Source: Microthyrium microscopicum
Taxonomy: Eukaryota
DNA length: 55,866 bases
NCBI GenBank assembly: GCA_010405405.1
Contig: MU004235.1
Coordinates: 2,410,506 to 2,466,371 of the forward strand
Reading direction: 5' to 3'
Positions 12,001-24,220 of the stretch are shown here, piece by piece (position 1 is the stretch's first letter; every line of letters begins with the position of its first letter). The translations under genes were made by a program, and so were the position numbers. A model generated the notes under the pieces. That model searched no databases and was not told the DNA's origin. It was given only the letters and a program-made list of their open reading frames with translations.

Positions 12001-13031
12001 ATGGTAAGAATCGTTTCGTTTGGAACGTTGGTGAGAAGAACATGCAATCCAACAGATCATCCCGCTTCAATTCCCAAAGCCGGCCACACCCGTCTCTTGT
12101 TAGTGCCAGCTGAGATCAGGGGTATTATATACGAGATGTGTGATACTCCTGCCCTGTGGGCATTGATGCGAACTAGTTCCGGTTTGCGAGCAGAGACATG
12201 GCGATTTTTCTGGAAGTTAAAGAACATAAGCTATGTAATCCGAAAGACAGAGCCAGCAAACCAACCGCCAGCCAGAAATCGTAAAAGTTCAACTACAGGG
12301 ACCAGTCGCTACGGTATAGACCTTCCAGATGTTGTATTCCTAGGAAACCTTGCAGATCACCAGATATTGAACGTTCCGCGCCGTTTTCGTGTTCGTTATT
12401 GTTGCTACGATGAAATGTATTACAATGACCAAAGGATCGAAAGCGAACCCTTTAACGAAATCCCGGTACAATTCGAGCCGGGGTTTCTTCCCGGCGATAC
12501 ATACATTGCGACAAATTCCCTGGCGCTTCGGACCATAAAGACCGATCAGCTAATTTACTGGACTGACAGCATTGATGGCATCGGGCCCCCACTTACAAAA
12601 GGAGATCTAGCTGCGTCAGCATCATCGTTCTCACGCCCTCAGTTTCACTTTCATAGTTATGTACATTGGAGACTGTCCAAGAGACAAGTAGCTGGATGGC
12701 TGAGACGCTGTCGTGATGAATGGAAAGAACCTGAGGATAGAGCGGAGCAGCGGGTACATGTATTTGTACCGGTTCACCGTTCGGAACGTGACGATGCTGA
12801 AAATCACTTAGCGTGTATCATTGATCAGTATCAAGACCACGTGCTTCTTCTGACAGAAAGAATATTAGCCCAAGGTGATGAAAGAGTGAGTTAAAAACGA
12901 ACATTACCTCTTACTATGACTAATAGTGCAAGTTTGGGTTCCAAGAAAACATGATGATTTTGCCCCACTTCACAATGAGGGAAGACTGGCTTGACTGGGC
13001 AAGATATTCGTTGCCACTTCGCCGTTGGTAA
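12001..13031 (+). CDS. Hypothetical protein with N-terminal F-box/2EXR-like motif
   Basis: 297-aa ORF with LLLVPAEIRGIIYEMCD..ALWALMRTS..LR. A GTGAGT donor at ~12886 and a short last exon ending REDWLDWARYSLPLRRW* at 13031. Confidence 0.6.
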
Positions 13032-13500
13032 AAAGACTGCGTTAGAGATCAGCTAGATATTAGCAAATGGCATCTCAAAGTGTGCGGCTATAAGCATAAC
13101 TCACTTAACATTGATAAAGTGATGTAGTGATCTATGCACCGCAGCCACTTAATGAAGAATACCAGCTTTTTTGATGTTACAGTCTAATATAAGAGTACTT
13201 ACAGAGGCGTGTTTTTCTACACTTTAGCCATGTCTTTTGCGGTGACCTTTAAATCAAGTACTCTCATAGAACATCTTAAGGAGCAATACCCTAGACACCT
13301 TTCCGGATCACTCGTCTGCAAAACCCAGCCCATAAATTGCACTATCTCGCCCAGATACGCACATGGTTCCTCTGCTGCTACAGCTCCATACCTGTCTTGA
13401 TCCAAGAAACAAAGAGACAGTTTTACCCCGTTGCGGCCCTATCCGGAGCACACAGCCATCACATACCCACAGATAAGTTGTACGGAATTCAAACTCACCT

Positions 13501-14130
13501 ATGGGTCCAACCTTTCCACTGCTAGCTGAGATCCGCAACATGATATACCAGCATCTGGACATGAGCGCTCTATTTGCACTAATGCGTAAGTCGCGCTCTC
13601 TTCGGGAGGAGACCCGTCAACTATTCTTTGCCGTCGGGAATGTGCGATATGTCGTCTACATTACCAGAGACATGGGTACACTTACCGACGAACCATCGAT
13701 GCATTTCCTACAGAGCCTGAATCAGGCAAAGGAGCTACAACTCGCCGAGGAGCGACGGACTAGAATATATACAGCAAGGACTGATGACATGTTTCCCAAT
13801 CGGGTAATTCGAGCATGGAGGATGGGACCTAGTTGTGAAGCCTGGCCACAGAGAGCACATAGCATATGGAGAATGCAACGAAGACGCCGGGCGGTCCTAT
13901 ACTTTGGAGAGCAAAATGGCATCGATCTATAAAGCGATGAGGACTATAGTGCTACAGAAAAAGAGAGGAGGCAGGATATCGGAAATCGCTTGAAGATCAG
14001 CATAGGCATGAATAATTATTCCGGGATAATTTACGAAGGGCAAGCGCGATTGTACGAGCCGGTGGAAGATTGGCTTATGGGCCGATGGCTGTTTGGCAAT
14101 CGAGGTGGAATCTGGAGGGTCAACAGCTGA
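13501..14130 (+). pseudogene. Paralog of the upstream F-box-like gene with a premature stop
   Basis: FPLLAEIRNMIYQHLDMSALFALMRKSRSLREETRQLFF aligns with the upstream gene. The in-frame TAA at 13930-13932 is followed by about 65 more open codons to TGA at 14130. Confidence 0.55.
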
Positions 14131-15760
14131 AATCTTTGATAAGCGAAAGTTTAATAACCCCTTCGGCGTTTTATAAAGTGTACCAAGCAATTTCAAGCTC
14201 GTGATGGCCAACCTTACTTACAAAGGAATAGCTAACCCACTTCCCGTCGTCGTACCATAAGGAAATTATACGGAACTTAAGGAACCAAGCAGAAATCTAT
14301 TATATAGCGCTAACGTAATCCGTTAGCGCTACATAAGAACCACTGATTGTTAAGTAACACCTTACCTAACTAAGCGACGGATCAGGGTCTTATTATTACG
14401 GATGCGAGCTGTCGACCCTCCAGAATCATTAATGCCATTTGAAAAATGGGCGAATAATGATGAGCATGATCGCTTTCTCGGAACGGGCCACAGTTTGGAT
14501 GAGCCGTTATACGTTCAGGTCCCAGACGGACGATCTTTTGGAGATGATGCTACTAGAGCTAACGTAGAGCCTTTCTTGCGCTGGGTAGGTAGAATTCAGA
14601 CAGATGGGTGGAGGTGGCCTAGAAGGAACACGGGTTGGAAGATTGCTAATGAAGAGAATGGGGTGCATTACTAGCTTTTTTGGGAAGACTGGTGTCATAA
14701 GTGGTGATCGATCTATCCCAACCGAGCATGCTCTAGGGCGTTGATAATGTTTCAGGGAAAAGTTGGGGATAAGTCGCTAGTCTAAATTGACTTCAAAATT
14801 CCGGAGCTGTCTGAAGAATCTTGATTTTGAGGAATAACTTGTGCCTAGTATGGATCAGCTTGCATCTATACCAAGAATTATAGCTCCAATAGCTACAATG
14901 AATAGAGCTGAACATGACAAAGCTTGGCACATCTAGATACATGTATACTAAGCTGAAATTGAGGTTTTTGTCCCCCAGAAATGCACATGCGGAGATTGTA
15001 CAACAACAGTAGAAAGTGGTGTTGCATGAGCGCTGTCTATTAAGGCGCATCACACGATACTTGATTCTGAGCATCGACTTTAGAAGCTTTATCGGAATTT
15101 GGGAAGGCTTTGAATCCCTTTCACTGATTGTTCATTCAAGGCCGCCTCATCACCAACTTACCTTCATTTTAAGAAGTGCACCCTAATGCTAGTGTCCTAT
15201 TTCTCCTACCAGCTGGAATGTTTTGCTCTCTCGATCATAACAAATGTCGTAGAAATACGTGTTAAAATAAAATAAAATTAAATCATGATGAGGATTGTCC
15301 TCAAAAGCAGTTACAATACGAGGTTCCCAAGCAAGAGCGAGTGAGCTCACAAGCTGTACTTGCATTTCAAGACAGCCTTGACAAGGCTGATATGTTGGGT
15401 TTTTGTGCAACATCTATAGACAAAGTTGTCCACGCGATGCAGTATCAGAGTTATTTTTCTGATTGAGAGTCTTACCTATAGTATATATCTTTTTGCGCGA
15501 GAAAATCTTTTTTCTAGGCATTCTCAAAGTTGAAACCCCAAAAGGATGATGATTTACAAGAGGAAACTGCTGGGGATGGAAGATCGACGTCAGCTCGCGT
15601 CATAGATGGCGAAATTGGAATTTGCCTATACCCCATGTTTGACAATCCCATCATTGACGTAAAGCATTCTTAAATACTGTAGTCGCGCGCTCAAAATTTC
15701 TTTACAACTCCCAAACCGCAAATCTCTTTCAATAAATTCTCATTCACAAAACAATACACT

Positions 15761-17173
15761 ATGGCAGCATCACAAGCAGCATACGCCGCCGAGAAGGCCA
15801 TCGGCCACGACGGCAGCTCCATCATACAACAAGATGTCGCCAATTATTCCGGCGATAAAGGTGATTCGAGTGAGACCATGTTGGCCTTGACATGGCAAGG
15901 CAAAAATACAGTCAAAGTTGGTATGTATTGGATTCGTAATTCATCAGTGATCAATCCTTAACGCTTCATAGTGGAAATGCCAAAACCAAAGATTCTTGAG
16001 CCTGGCGATGTCATCCTAAAAGTTACAGGCACCACAGTTTGCGGCTCTGACCTACATCTTCTTGATGGAACCATTGTGCAACTAGCCAAAGGTGACATCC
16101 TCGGTCACGAGTTCTGTGGCGTTGTCTCAGAAGTCGGACCTGATGTCAAGAAAGTCAGCAAAGGCAAACGCTACGTAGCCAGCTTCCAAATCGCATGTGG
16201 CGACTGTTTCTTCTGCAAGCAGAAACTCAGTTCTCAGTGCGAAAAGACATGCAGCAATACTACGGCCAAGGCCATGTATGGAAACCAGACTGCTGGCATG
16301 TTTGGCTATTCGCATTTCACTGGAGGGTTTGCTGGTGGACAGGCCGAATATGTGCGTGTGCCGCTCGGTGATGTAAATTTGCTCGAGATTCCGGACAGCG
16401 TGCCAGATGAGAAGGCACTATTCCTTTCAGATGTTCTCCCGACTGCGTTCAATGCTGTCAAAGACACTGCAGTTTACGAAGGCGACACTGTGGCAATCTT
16501 CGGTGTTGGCCCTATTGGACAAATGGCTGCAGTGTATGCCATGGACGAGGGTGCGAAGAAGATCATCTTTGTGGACACGGAGCCACGGTTGTCAGAAACC
16601 AAGAATCGCTTCTCAGCAAAAGACCAGAGCAAGATCGAACTTCTAGACTTCAAAAAGGTTTCCTTTGGTGTCACGAACAAGCCAACTGTCGTCAGCACTC
16701 TCAAGGAAATGACCGAGGGACGAGGCCCAGATGTAGCGTTAGAGTGTGCCGCAGGCGAGTATCCAAAAGGCTGGATGCACACTCTAGAAATTGCCCTAGG
16801 CGCGGAAACAGATACCAGCGAGATCATCAACGAGATGATCGAAGGAGTCAGAAACTATGGACGATGTGGCGTCACTGGTGTGTATGCCGCCTATACCAAC
16901 CATTTCAACATTGGCTCTCTTATGCAACGAGGTGTGCGTCTGATAGGAAATGGTCAAGCACCGGTTCACAAATACTGGGATCATCTTCTGCAGAAGATTG
17001 TTGATGGCGGCCTCGACCCATTGATCATGGTATCTCATCGTTGTCGACTTGAGGATATGGAAACGGTGTACGCAAAGTTCAAGGACCATGAGGATAACTA
17101 CCAAAAGGTGTTTGTCGCCACCAAATTCTCGCAGCCTCCAGCTGAAGGCACACCAGAACTGACGACATATTGA
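15761..17173 (+). CDS. Zinc-dependent medium-chain dehydrogenase (formaldehyde-dehydrogenase-like MDR)
   Basis: One intron, 15921-15971 (GTATGT..TAG). Motifs CGSDLH, GHEFCG, structural Zn site CGDCFFC...C, GGQAEYVRVP, LSDVLPTA and GVGPIG. Confidence 0.93.
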
Positions 17174-17692
17174 GACGGGGGTCTTGCGAAGGATGAAAAA
17201 TATGTAATAACAAACATGTAACAGCAACAAGTATAATTCATTATCATCTGAAATCATTCTCCTTCGTATCAGGTATACAAAAGAGCGCATTCATAATACC
17301 TCTCGAAATGGGTAAGTCTGTACAGTCTTTTATAATGAAAACGGCTGTCAAATATCAAAAGGCTCGAGGCTAGGAACAAGGCTGAAGGCAAGGCTGAAAT
17401 GGTCCATAAGGTACATTACACATGTTTCGCACCGTTTATGGTCGGTCTTCGAGTCTTTTGCGCAAGACCAAATAATGTTTAAAATATTATATCAGGCGGA
17501 TCGGTAGCTGGGTTGCTATTCCAGTTTCAGAAATCTAATTCTCAAAACTTGAACAAACACGTAACATGCGCGCTCAGATCTAGGATTTAAGCTGGGGGAT
17601 AGCATGTCAGACTCAACGAGTGGACACAGATTCATCTTGGTCTGTTGAGCTTCTTGTCATTTTCAGATCATTGTTCTTTATATCACACTGTG

Positions 17693-18546
17693 ATGTCTTC
17701 AGACCAAGAAACCCTAAAGCTCGGCTCTAGGCTAGAAGGCAAATTCGTCATCATCAATGTTGGTGCCAATAATAGAGTTGGTCAAATAATCGGCCAGGCT
17801 TTCGCCAGTGAAGGCGCAATTGTAAGCGTCCCCGATGAAATAGACGTGACTAGTTCAGAAGTCAAGCTTCGTCCTAGCTTTGATAGGATAGATAGAGATC
17901 CAGAAGGAGAAGAACGGCCAATGGAGCTGGAGAGTAATAGGGATGACACCTCGGTTTCCGAATCCGACGGGATTTTGGAGAAAATGAGCGGCTTTGACAT
18001 TCTAGTAAACATCACTGGCGTCTTAGATTTCTTCACTGGAAATCTTCCATACACAGAGCCTGTTTTGCGAAAATGGGCCAACTTGGTCAATGATACATTG
18101 CCAACTTTGATGAGTGAAACATTTATCGAACGATGTGTAGCAAGAGGTTCAGCCACAGGACTCATCATCAATGTTTGGTACACCGGCAGTTCGGTACTGT
18201 GGGCCACTGGTGATGTCCTTCAAGATTTACATTAGTCCAGAATCGTCTATTGACTGCAAGACCAGATTACATATACTATTCGAACAGAGTCGCCATCCGC
18301 AATCTCACTTGCCGCATAGCAAGAGATGACGACAACTCGGGAATTAGATGCAATCTTATTATGCCTGGAGGTCTATCACTCGGCTCTAAAAAGTCATGGG
18401 TGACAGAAGAAGAGACAGAGCTGACTGTGATTCCTGCAACTACTGGTGAAGATTCGAATCTTACCACCCCAGAAGGTATCGCGACGCTGGCGGTATTTCT
18501 TGCCATGAACGATGAGACTGCCAACGGCTGCCTGTTTGACGTATGA
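17693..18546 (+). CDS. Divergent short-chain dehydrogenase/reductase-like protein
   Basis: RLEGKFVIINVGANNRVG, DILVNITG, GLIINV, YYSNR.AIRNLT, GIRCNLIMPG and PEGIATLAVFLA...NG follow the SDR motif order. A putative intron at ~18210-18265 (GTGATG..CAG) joins the two ORFs in frame. Confidence 0.7.
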
Positions 18547-18793
18547 ATGCTACCAAAAAAAAATGAGTAACGATGTTTAGCATCAAAGTAGAAACCGCCT
18601 GTTCTGGTCACTTGTCGCCAATAACTGCAAATCTCTGGGTTGTGTAGACAGGCTCTAGCGACTCAATCGATGGGTACTCAAGCTTAAACTGTTATATCTG
18701 CACTTGCAGGATTTCCTTTATTTCCAATATCGTAGCCTGTCTTGTGAGACGACAAAATGCTCTGAAAATTGGTGTATCAAGAGATAGCTAAAA

Positions 18794-19912
18794 TTATGCA
18801 GGAATCTGGAATACATCTGCCGAGATTGTGTTGTTCTTGCCATTAAGCACACCACCTCCAACAATCAAGATATTCTTTCTATCAGCCATTGCCATCAAGC
18901 TTCTCGTATACGAAGTAGGCGCCCCAGTGGAAACTTTGACCCAGTCTCCGGGGTTGCCCAGATTTTTGTTGATGAAAACCTCTTCTCTTCCACCACTGCT
19001 CACCACAATCGTCCCATGAGATCCTCCCTCTGGAGTCCACACCACATATGGCGAACCGTTTGGTGCAAAACGATCCCTAGTTTTCAGTGCATAATATGGT
19101 GAATTTTGAAAGTCTAATGGATCCTTCGACAGTCGATAGTGCACAGGGCATCCGCCTTCGTCTGCTCCACACCACTCAAAAGTTAAGATGAATTGCCCAT
19201 TCGGCAACTCCGCAATCGTTGTCATGCCAGGTCGTGCTTTGTATTCTTCCACTGAAGTATCATCCACTGGCGGCTCCCAGGTTTTCAGATCGCTCGTGAC
19301 TTGATGTACTAGTTTCTGGCCGTGCTTGGGATCGCGTTGGTCTGAATAGTATAAGACGAGTTTGTGATTGTGAACCATCAAGAATGGCTCCCAGACGGGA
19401 GTCAAGCCATTATCTGGCAATGCCTTACCCCCTCTTGCGACGTGTGAGACGAATTTCCACGTGACACCGCTGTCAGTGGACGCATACAGATCGATTTGAG
19501 TTTGTGCAAGGTCTTCCGGAATAGCACTGCCAGAGAGGAGGATGGTGCCAGCTTCATAGTCACCGACAGACTCAGTAAGCTCGTAGAGAAAGGGCTGGTA
19601 GCGCAAACCCCAGCCGTTGACTTGGTCATAGACACGGCTAATCTCTTTCCATGTTTTGCCTTGATCGGTCGAGCGATGGATGGGGAAGTAAGGTGGCTCT
19701 GGGGAATAATTTTCCCACGTGGCCAAAATTGTTCCAGGTGAGTTCTTTGTATGGTTGAGAAGAACTGTTCGCGCATACAAAACTCGTGGGATTTTGTAAT
19801 TTGAAGGAGGTTTATAGATCACTACGCCATCTTTACGACTTTCTAAGGTAGCACTAGAAAGTATGAAGAAGATCTGTAGAAGCGAGACAAGGAAGGTATT
19901 GATTGAAAACAT
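18794..19912 (-). CDS. Secreted glycoside hydrolase family 93 (exo-alpha-1,5-L-arabinanase-like, BNR/Asp-box beta-propeller)
   Basis: Signal peptide. Motifs LYART, LATWENY, Asp-boxes STDQGKTW and STDSGVTW, LRYQPFLYEL, PVWEPFL, YSDQRDP.HGQKL and RPGM. Intronless, 372 aa. Confidence 0.88.
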   Translation of the reverse strand: MFSINTFLVSLLQIFFILSSATLESRKDGVVIYKPPSNYKIPRVLYARTVLLNHTKNSPGTILATWENYSPEPPYFPIHRSTDQGKTWKEISRVYDQVNGWGLRYQPFLYELTESVGDYEAGTILLSGSAIPEDLAQTQIDLYASTDSGVTWKFVSHVARGGKALPDNGLTPVWEPFLMVHNHKLVLYYSDQRDPKHGQKLVHQVTSDLKTWEPPVDDTSVEEYKARPGMTTIAELPNGQFILTFEWCGADEGGCPVHYRLSKDPLDFQNSPYYALKTRDRFAPNGSPYVVWTPEGGSHGTIVVSSGGREEVFINKNLGNPGDWVKVSTGAPTSYTRSLMAMADRKNILIVGGGVLNGKNNTISADVFQIPA

Positions 19913-20467
19913 GTTGAGAAAAAGAAGGTGAATTCTCTCAAGACGGCACTCAGATTAGCGCCATCACTTGAGAGAATATATAGTCCAGATTTTTTCAAAG
20001 TTCGTGACAATATATTGGTGCTTTATGGAGTTGTAAAGTTCCAGTGACAGCAATTTAAATTGTGCACTATATACGGTGGCCGTGCTCATATCGAAACATG
20101 AGGCCACAACCTCTCAAACCATGAAATCGACAAAGTGTTGTCAGGTCGACGAAGGGGTTCTCGTTCATAAACATAAACTTCCGCGCAAATATGCAATTTT
20201 CGTGACACGAAGCCTAGAAGTTATTCAACTTTTAGATTTTGTGCGATGCTCCTAGCTCAGTCAGCATCCATACCAAAGAAAAAGGCCCTGCTCAGAGAGC
20301 CGATGATTCGGAGAGTAACAGATAAGAAACTCCGTTCTATGAAACATGGTATTAGTCAAATAGAACAGCAAGAACTCTTCAGATGTGTTCTTGTATAATA
20401 GAAAGCTTTAGTTGATCCCGGAGTAGTAGTGCATCGTGACTATGAATTGACCCAACAACATACCCCA

Positions 20468-22606
20468 CTACAGAATTGTGATGGTATCATATTGTTCATC
20501 CCTATTCAGCCGTTTGCTTTCAAAAGTCACTGCGGTGGCAGCCAACCCTATCCTCTTGAATGTGTTGGAGCACTTTTCAACTGCTTTCAAGACCAGTGAA
20601 ATAACGGCCGGGCCTTCGAAGACTGGTGGCAGTGCTATATCCAATGCTTGGCCTATCGGAAGGAGAAGAACTCCATCTTTTGGTAACGTCTCTTGCTCTT
20701 CAGGTATCTTATCGTCGAAGTAAATGTGGAAGTGCACGTCAGATTCTTCATGTTCCCTTGCAACCCAGCCATTTAATATTCGGCCAATCTCTGCACATGC
20801 AAAATCCAGTTCCACAAGGGGTACCAAGGTACCACGGATCCTGAGCTCACCCCCAATAACCTGCTCAAATGGACACGAGGTGTCAGAAAGAACGGTGGAT
20901 ACAGATTCTATGGTAAGAAAACAGTCTGGCTTCGTTGGGTTCCAGTGAATGAAATTACAATGTATCTCTCCATCAAGCTTAGCCCAGCTCCAGGAAGGCG
21001 CACGATACTCCTCAAGTGCGGGTCTGTCTTTGAGAATGGGGCACACCCAGGCCAAACTGGCAGGCAAATGGCATTGAAAAAGGCCTGCGTGATATGCAGA
21101 GTTCAATATGTTACTGAATCGGTCTGTTATGGCGGAGAAAGCCACTAGCTTGTCTTTGTCAGGATAGGTGAGCTCACGTCGTGTGTATGAGTTAATTACT
21201 TCGGACCAGACAAACAGTAGAGGCAGTATGTTCCAACCCGGGTTCGCTTTCTCTGCGGGTTCTTCAGCCTTTTCGAGGGCTAGCTGCATATTGAAAGGGG
21301 TGTACCAAAACGGATCGTATGCTTCGTCAGTGCCGGTCAGGCCGGTTGGCGGGTACTCATCTACCGAAGTGAATGAACATTCCCATGATATCCTGTCTTT
21401 GGTAAAGTGTAGAACCCTTGGAGAAAGGAGCCGTTCTTGCAGAACCCACGCCCTCGTACTTAGCGGTAGCTTCTCGCGAGCGAATCGGTTGTCAGAGTCA
21501 AAGGAGTGTATGTTGCAAAGCATCATTAGTGAAATGTTGTCGGGGTCCTCAGAGCTGGAATCTAAGGCGGAACTTTGCGGATCGTGAGACCGATAACTTG
21601 AGAACTGTACGTTCTTACCTTTGGAGCGAAACAAGGACGAATAAACCTGACAGGTCTGCATAAAGTTGGGGTTTCTCTCGACATATGCCCCGTTGTTAGG
21701 TCCTGGCGAATGGTCGATTGAGATGTTGACAGTACAGTTCAAATAGACATTTCGCATTTCCCCAGCTTGTACTTTCCAATCTTCTGTAGCATTTGAGCCA
21801 GATTGCATGATACAAAGACTATCGATCCAAATGTATCTCAGCCCAGTGCGATGGCAAGTTATCATGCTATGCTGGAAGCTCTTTGGTAGACAATCCCATG
21901 ATATTTCCTTGCAGAATGATGCCTCGTTGTCTTGAGTGAGCTGTAAGAATGAGGTATCTTTGCCCCAGCAGTGACTCACAGCGGCGTATGGGCCATCAAT
22001 AGCGTCCATATTACGTTGAAGTAAACGAGGAGAAGTTGGTTGGATTAAGTCGATCAAACGCCTTGGAAGCCACTTGTTGTCACGATCTTTAAACACGCTC
22101 CGGCAAATTGCATGTGTTCTCCGACATTTCTCAAGCCACTCTTTAGCTTGTGCTGATACAGAGACGGCTCCAGTATTTTTGGCAACAATTCTCGGGGTGG
22201 AGCCATCTTTCCGAACCTTCCACGGGCGGTCGCCCAAGTCCTGGAATGCGAGATCGGTCAGTTTGTTATGCCAATCTGGAGGCTGTAGTGGTCCTGACAT
22301 ATGAAGCTGAATTTGGCCGAACAGGTCGACGTGGTCCGTATCTACCCATTTTGCATTGGAATAGAATCGAATCATCCAGCGCCCGTCTTCAGGAAACCAT
22401 GGTACTGCCTGGAATTTATACCGAAGGAAAGGGTATAGATTTGTCTCGTTTTCTACATCTGGTCCCAACGCTTCTCGTCGTAAGATAAAAGACAGACAAA
22501 TCCTACAACCCATATCTGCAGCTTTTTCAAGGTGCTCAAAACTCTCATGGTGAAACCCCTGTTTAGCGGACCTATGGAACATGGAAATGCACATAGCGCA
22601 AAGCAT
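20468..22606 (-). CDS. Heterokaryon-incompatibility (HET, PF06985-type) domain protein
   Basis: LPRRLIDL, YAAVSHCWG, LPKSFQ, LRYIWIDSLCIMQ, DW...AGEM..VY, PLSTRAWVLQERLLSPRVLHF and YRAPSWSWA. The likely start is MLCAMC at 22606. Confidence 0.9.
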   Translation of the reverse strand: MLCAMCISMFHRSAKQGFHHESFEHLEKAADMGCRICLSFILRREALGPDVENETNLYPFLRYKFQAVPWFPEDGRWMIRFYSNAKWVDTDHVDLFGQIQLHMSGPLQPPDWHNKLTDLAFQDLGDRPWKVRKDGSTPRIVAKNTGAVSVSAQAKEWLEKCRRTHAICRSVFKDRDNKWLPRRLIDLIQPTSPRLLQRNMDAIDGPYAAVSHCWGKDTSFLQLTQDNEASFCKEISWDCLPKSFQHSMITCHRTGLRYIWIDSLCIMQSGSNATEDWKVQAGEMRNVYLNCTVNISIDHSPGPNNGAYVERNPNFMQTCQVYSSLFRSKGKNVQFSSYRSHDPQSSALDSSSEDPDNISLMMLCNIHSFDSDNRFAREKLPLSTRAWVLQERLLSPRVLHFTKDRISWECSFTSVDEYPPTGLTGTDEAYDPFWYTPFNMQLALEKAEEPAEKANPGWNILPLLFVWSEVINSYTRRELTYPDKDKLVAFSAITDRFSNILNSAYHAGLFQCHLPASLAWVCPILKDRPALEEYRAPSWSWAKLDGEIHCNFIHWNPTKPDCFLTIESVSTVLSDTSCPFEQVIGGELRIRGTLVPLVELDFACAEIGRILNGWVAREHEESDVHFHIYFDDKIPEEQETLPKDGVLLLPIGQALDIALPPVFEGPAVISLVLKAVEKCSNTFKRIGLAATAVTFESKRLNRDEQYDTITIL

Positions 22607-23202
22607 CTTGATTGTTGTGCTCTTGTAGCAACTCGATTTCAAGGACAGCCGAAGCCAACATAAGAGTATTAGAAGCTCTTCTCGCGTGCGCATGGATGTG
22701 GGGCATAGAGTAGTCGCTGAGTTAGAATGCGTGACTTTCGGGCCTACATCCTGGTCCATGAGGAGAACTTTGGACTTGCAGCTCACTACTACTAGACAGA
22801 AATGGTGGACCCAGGGAAATGACTGAAAGCAAAGACACACCATGAGTTGGACTTGTTTGATGCGTCTTCAGGGGCTCAAGGATGTACCTGTTAGTACAAC
22901 GATGGTCATGTCGGATTGTCGACATCCAGCGTAAATAAGAGGCAACATGACATTGGTTATTGCTTGTTCTTGTTCTCTTCGGGGTTCTTGATGGTTCATT
23001 TGTTTACGATGACAAGGTTGGCAAATTGATCATATAGTGCGCCAAGTCGATATGAGTGAAGTCGATTTGTATGACTATGTGAGGCGCTCCAGCAAGGGAG
23101 CATAAGTTCTAGAGTGGTAGCCAAATTATGTATCTTGTGATGAATGAAGGATACTTTGAGGAGAGAAATTGAGGAAGAGCATTGAAGTTAGTGAGACCAG
23201 TA

Positions 23203-24220
23203 CGGTTATCTCAGGTTTTCAGACGTTGCAAGCTGCTTCAAGTACGGTCGCTATGGCTCCCTACCCCTGTAAACACCCCTGTAAACACCTAAATACCCCT
23301 ATAATATTTTGAAGCAGCTTGCTACGTCTGAGTGACTCTTAAACCATTTTGGTGAGGGCCCTGTTAACTTTTGTTAGCGAATCCTCTTACTTTCAAATAA
23401 CAATAACGAAGCCAATCTAACTCCATAAACCTTGCCGTTACTATCATTCTGTTCGTCTTACTCTCCTCTTTTCTTTATTTTTATCAGATTCTTTCTATCT
23501 CTTTTAGTTGTCTTATAAAGCTTCAGTGACTAAAGTCAACATTCATGATTTTCAGGCCAAAACTTCTAACTTAAATAACTTAACAACCATAGCAGCTATA
23601 AACAAATAGACAAAACAAGCATGATTCTTAGCTCCTCCTTAAGATGAGCATACTTTTGGAATTTCGATTCGTCCACTTTTTACAAAGTAAGTCTTTAAAA
23701 AGGTCAAAAAAGCTTTTATTCCGATTGCCTCTTTATTTTAACAACAACTACATTTTATTACTATTTTTCTATATATGCTTATAGATCTTAACGAGCTGAA
23801 TTGCCTTATTCTTTTAGATTTACTATATCTCTCATAGTTATTATTTAAATAAGGGGTAACGAAACGAGAAAAATAGTTATTAGGCTTAGCATTTTTTTGT
23901 CTCTACGGAAATAATATCTTAAAAGCTAAACGGTATCGGATTAGCTTTAAAATAGGCTCTTCTTAAAGCTAAGGTTCTAATCTATAATTTAAATTTAGTA
24001 CATTTTTAATAACTATAGTAGTTAGTTAATAGTTTATAAAAACACTTAGAATAGGCTAAAAAGTTAAGCTAAGATATTAATAAATAGTTTAAGAGTTACT
24101 TAGACTCTACTATAAAAAGTTAGAGAGAGTAGAACGAGCTTTAATTAGCTAGAGTATACCCCTATATATACTAGTAAACGCTACTAATTTTGCTAGGAGT
24201 CTGACTAAGTGAGATAACAG
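23203..24220. mobile_element. RIP-mutated non-autonomous Tc1/mariner-type DNA transposon relic (~1 kb)
   Basis: Imperfect 22-bp TIRs, CGGTTATCTCAGGTTTTCAGAC and GTCTGACTAAGTGAGATAACAG, each flanked by TA (23201-2, 24221-2). The interior is AT/TpA-rich and has no ORF. Confidence 0.65.

Noticed and set aside
22607..22843. 79-aa N-terminal extension of the HET ORF
   Set aside because: It looks like translated 5' UTR; related HET proteins typically begin at an MLC..C motif (22606).
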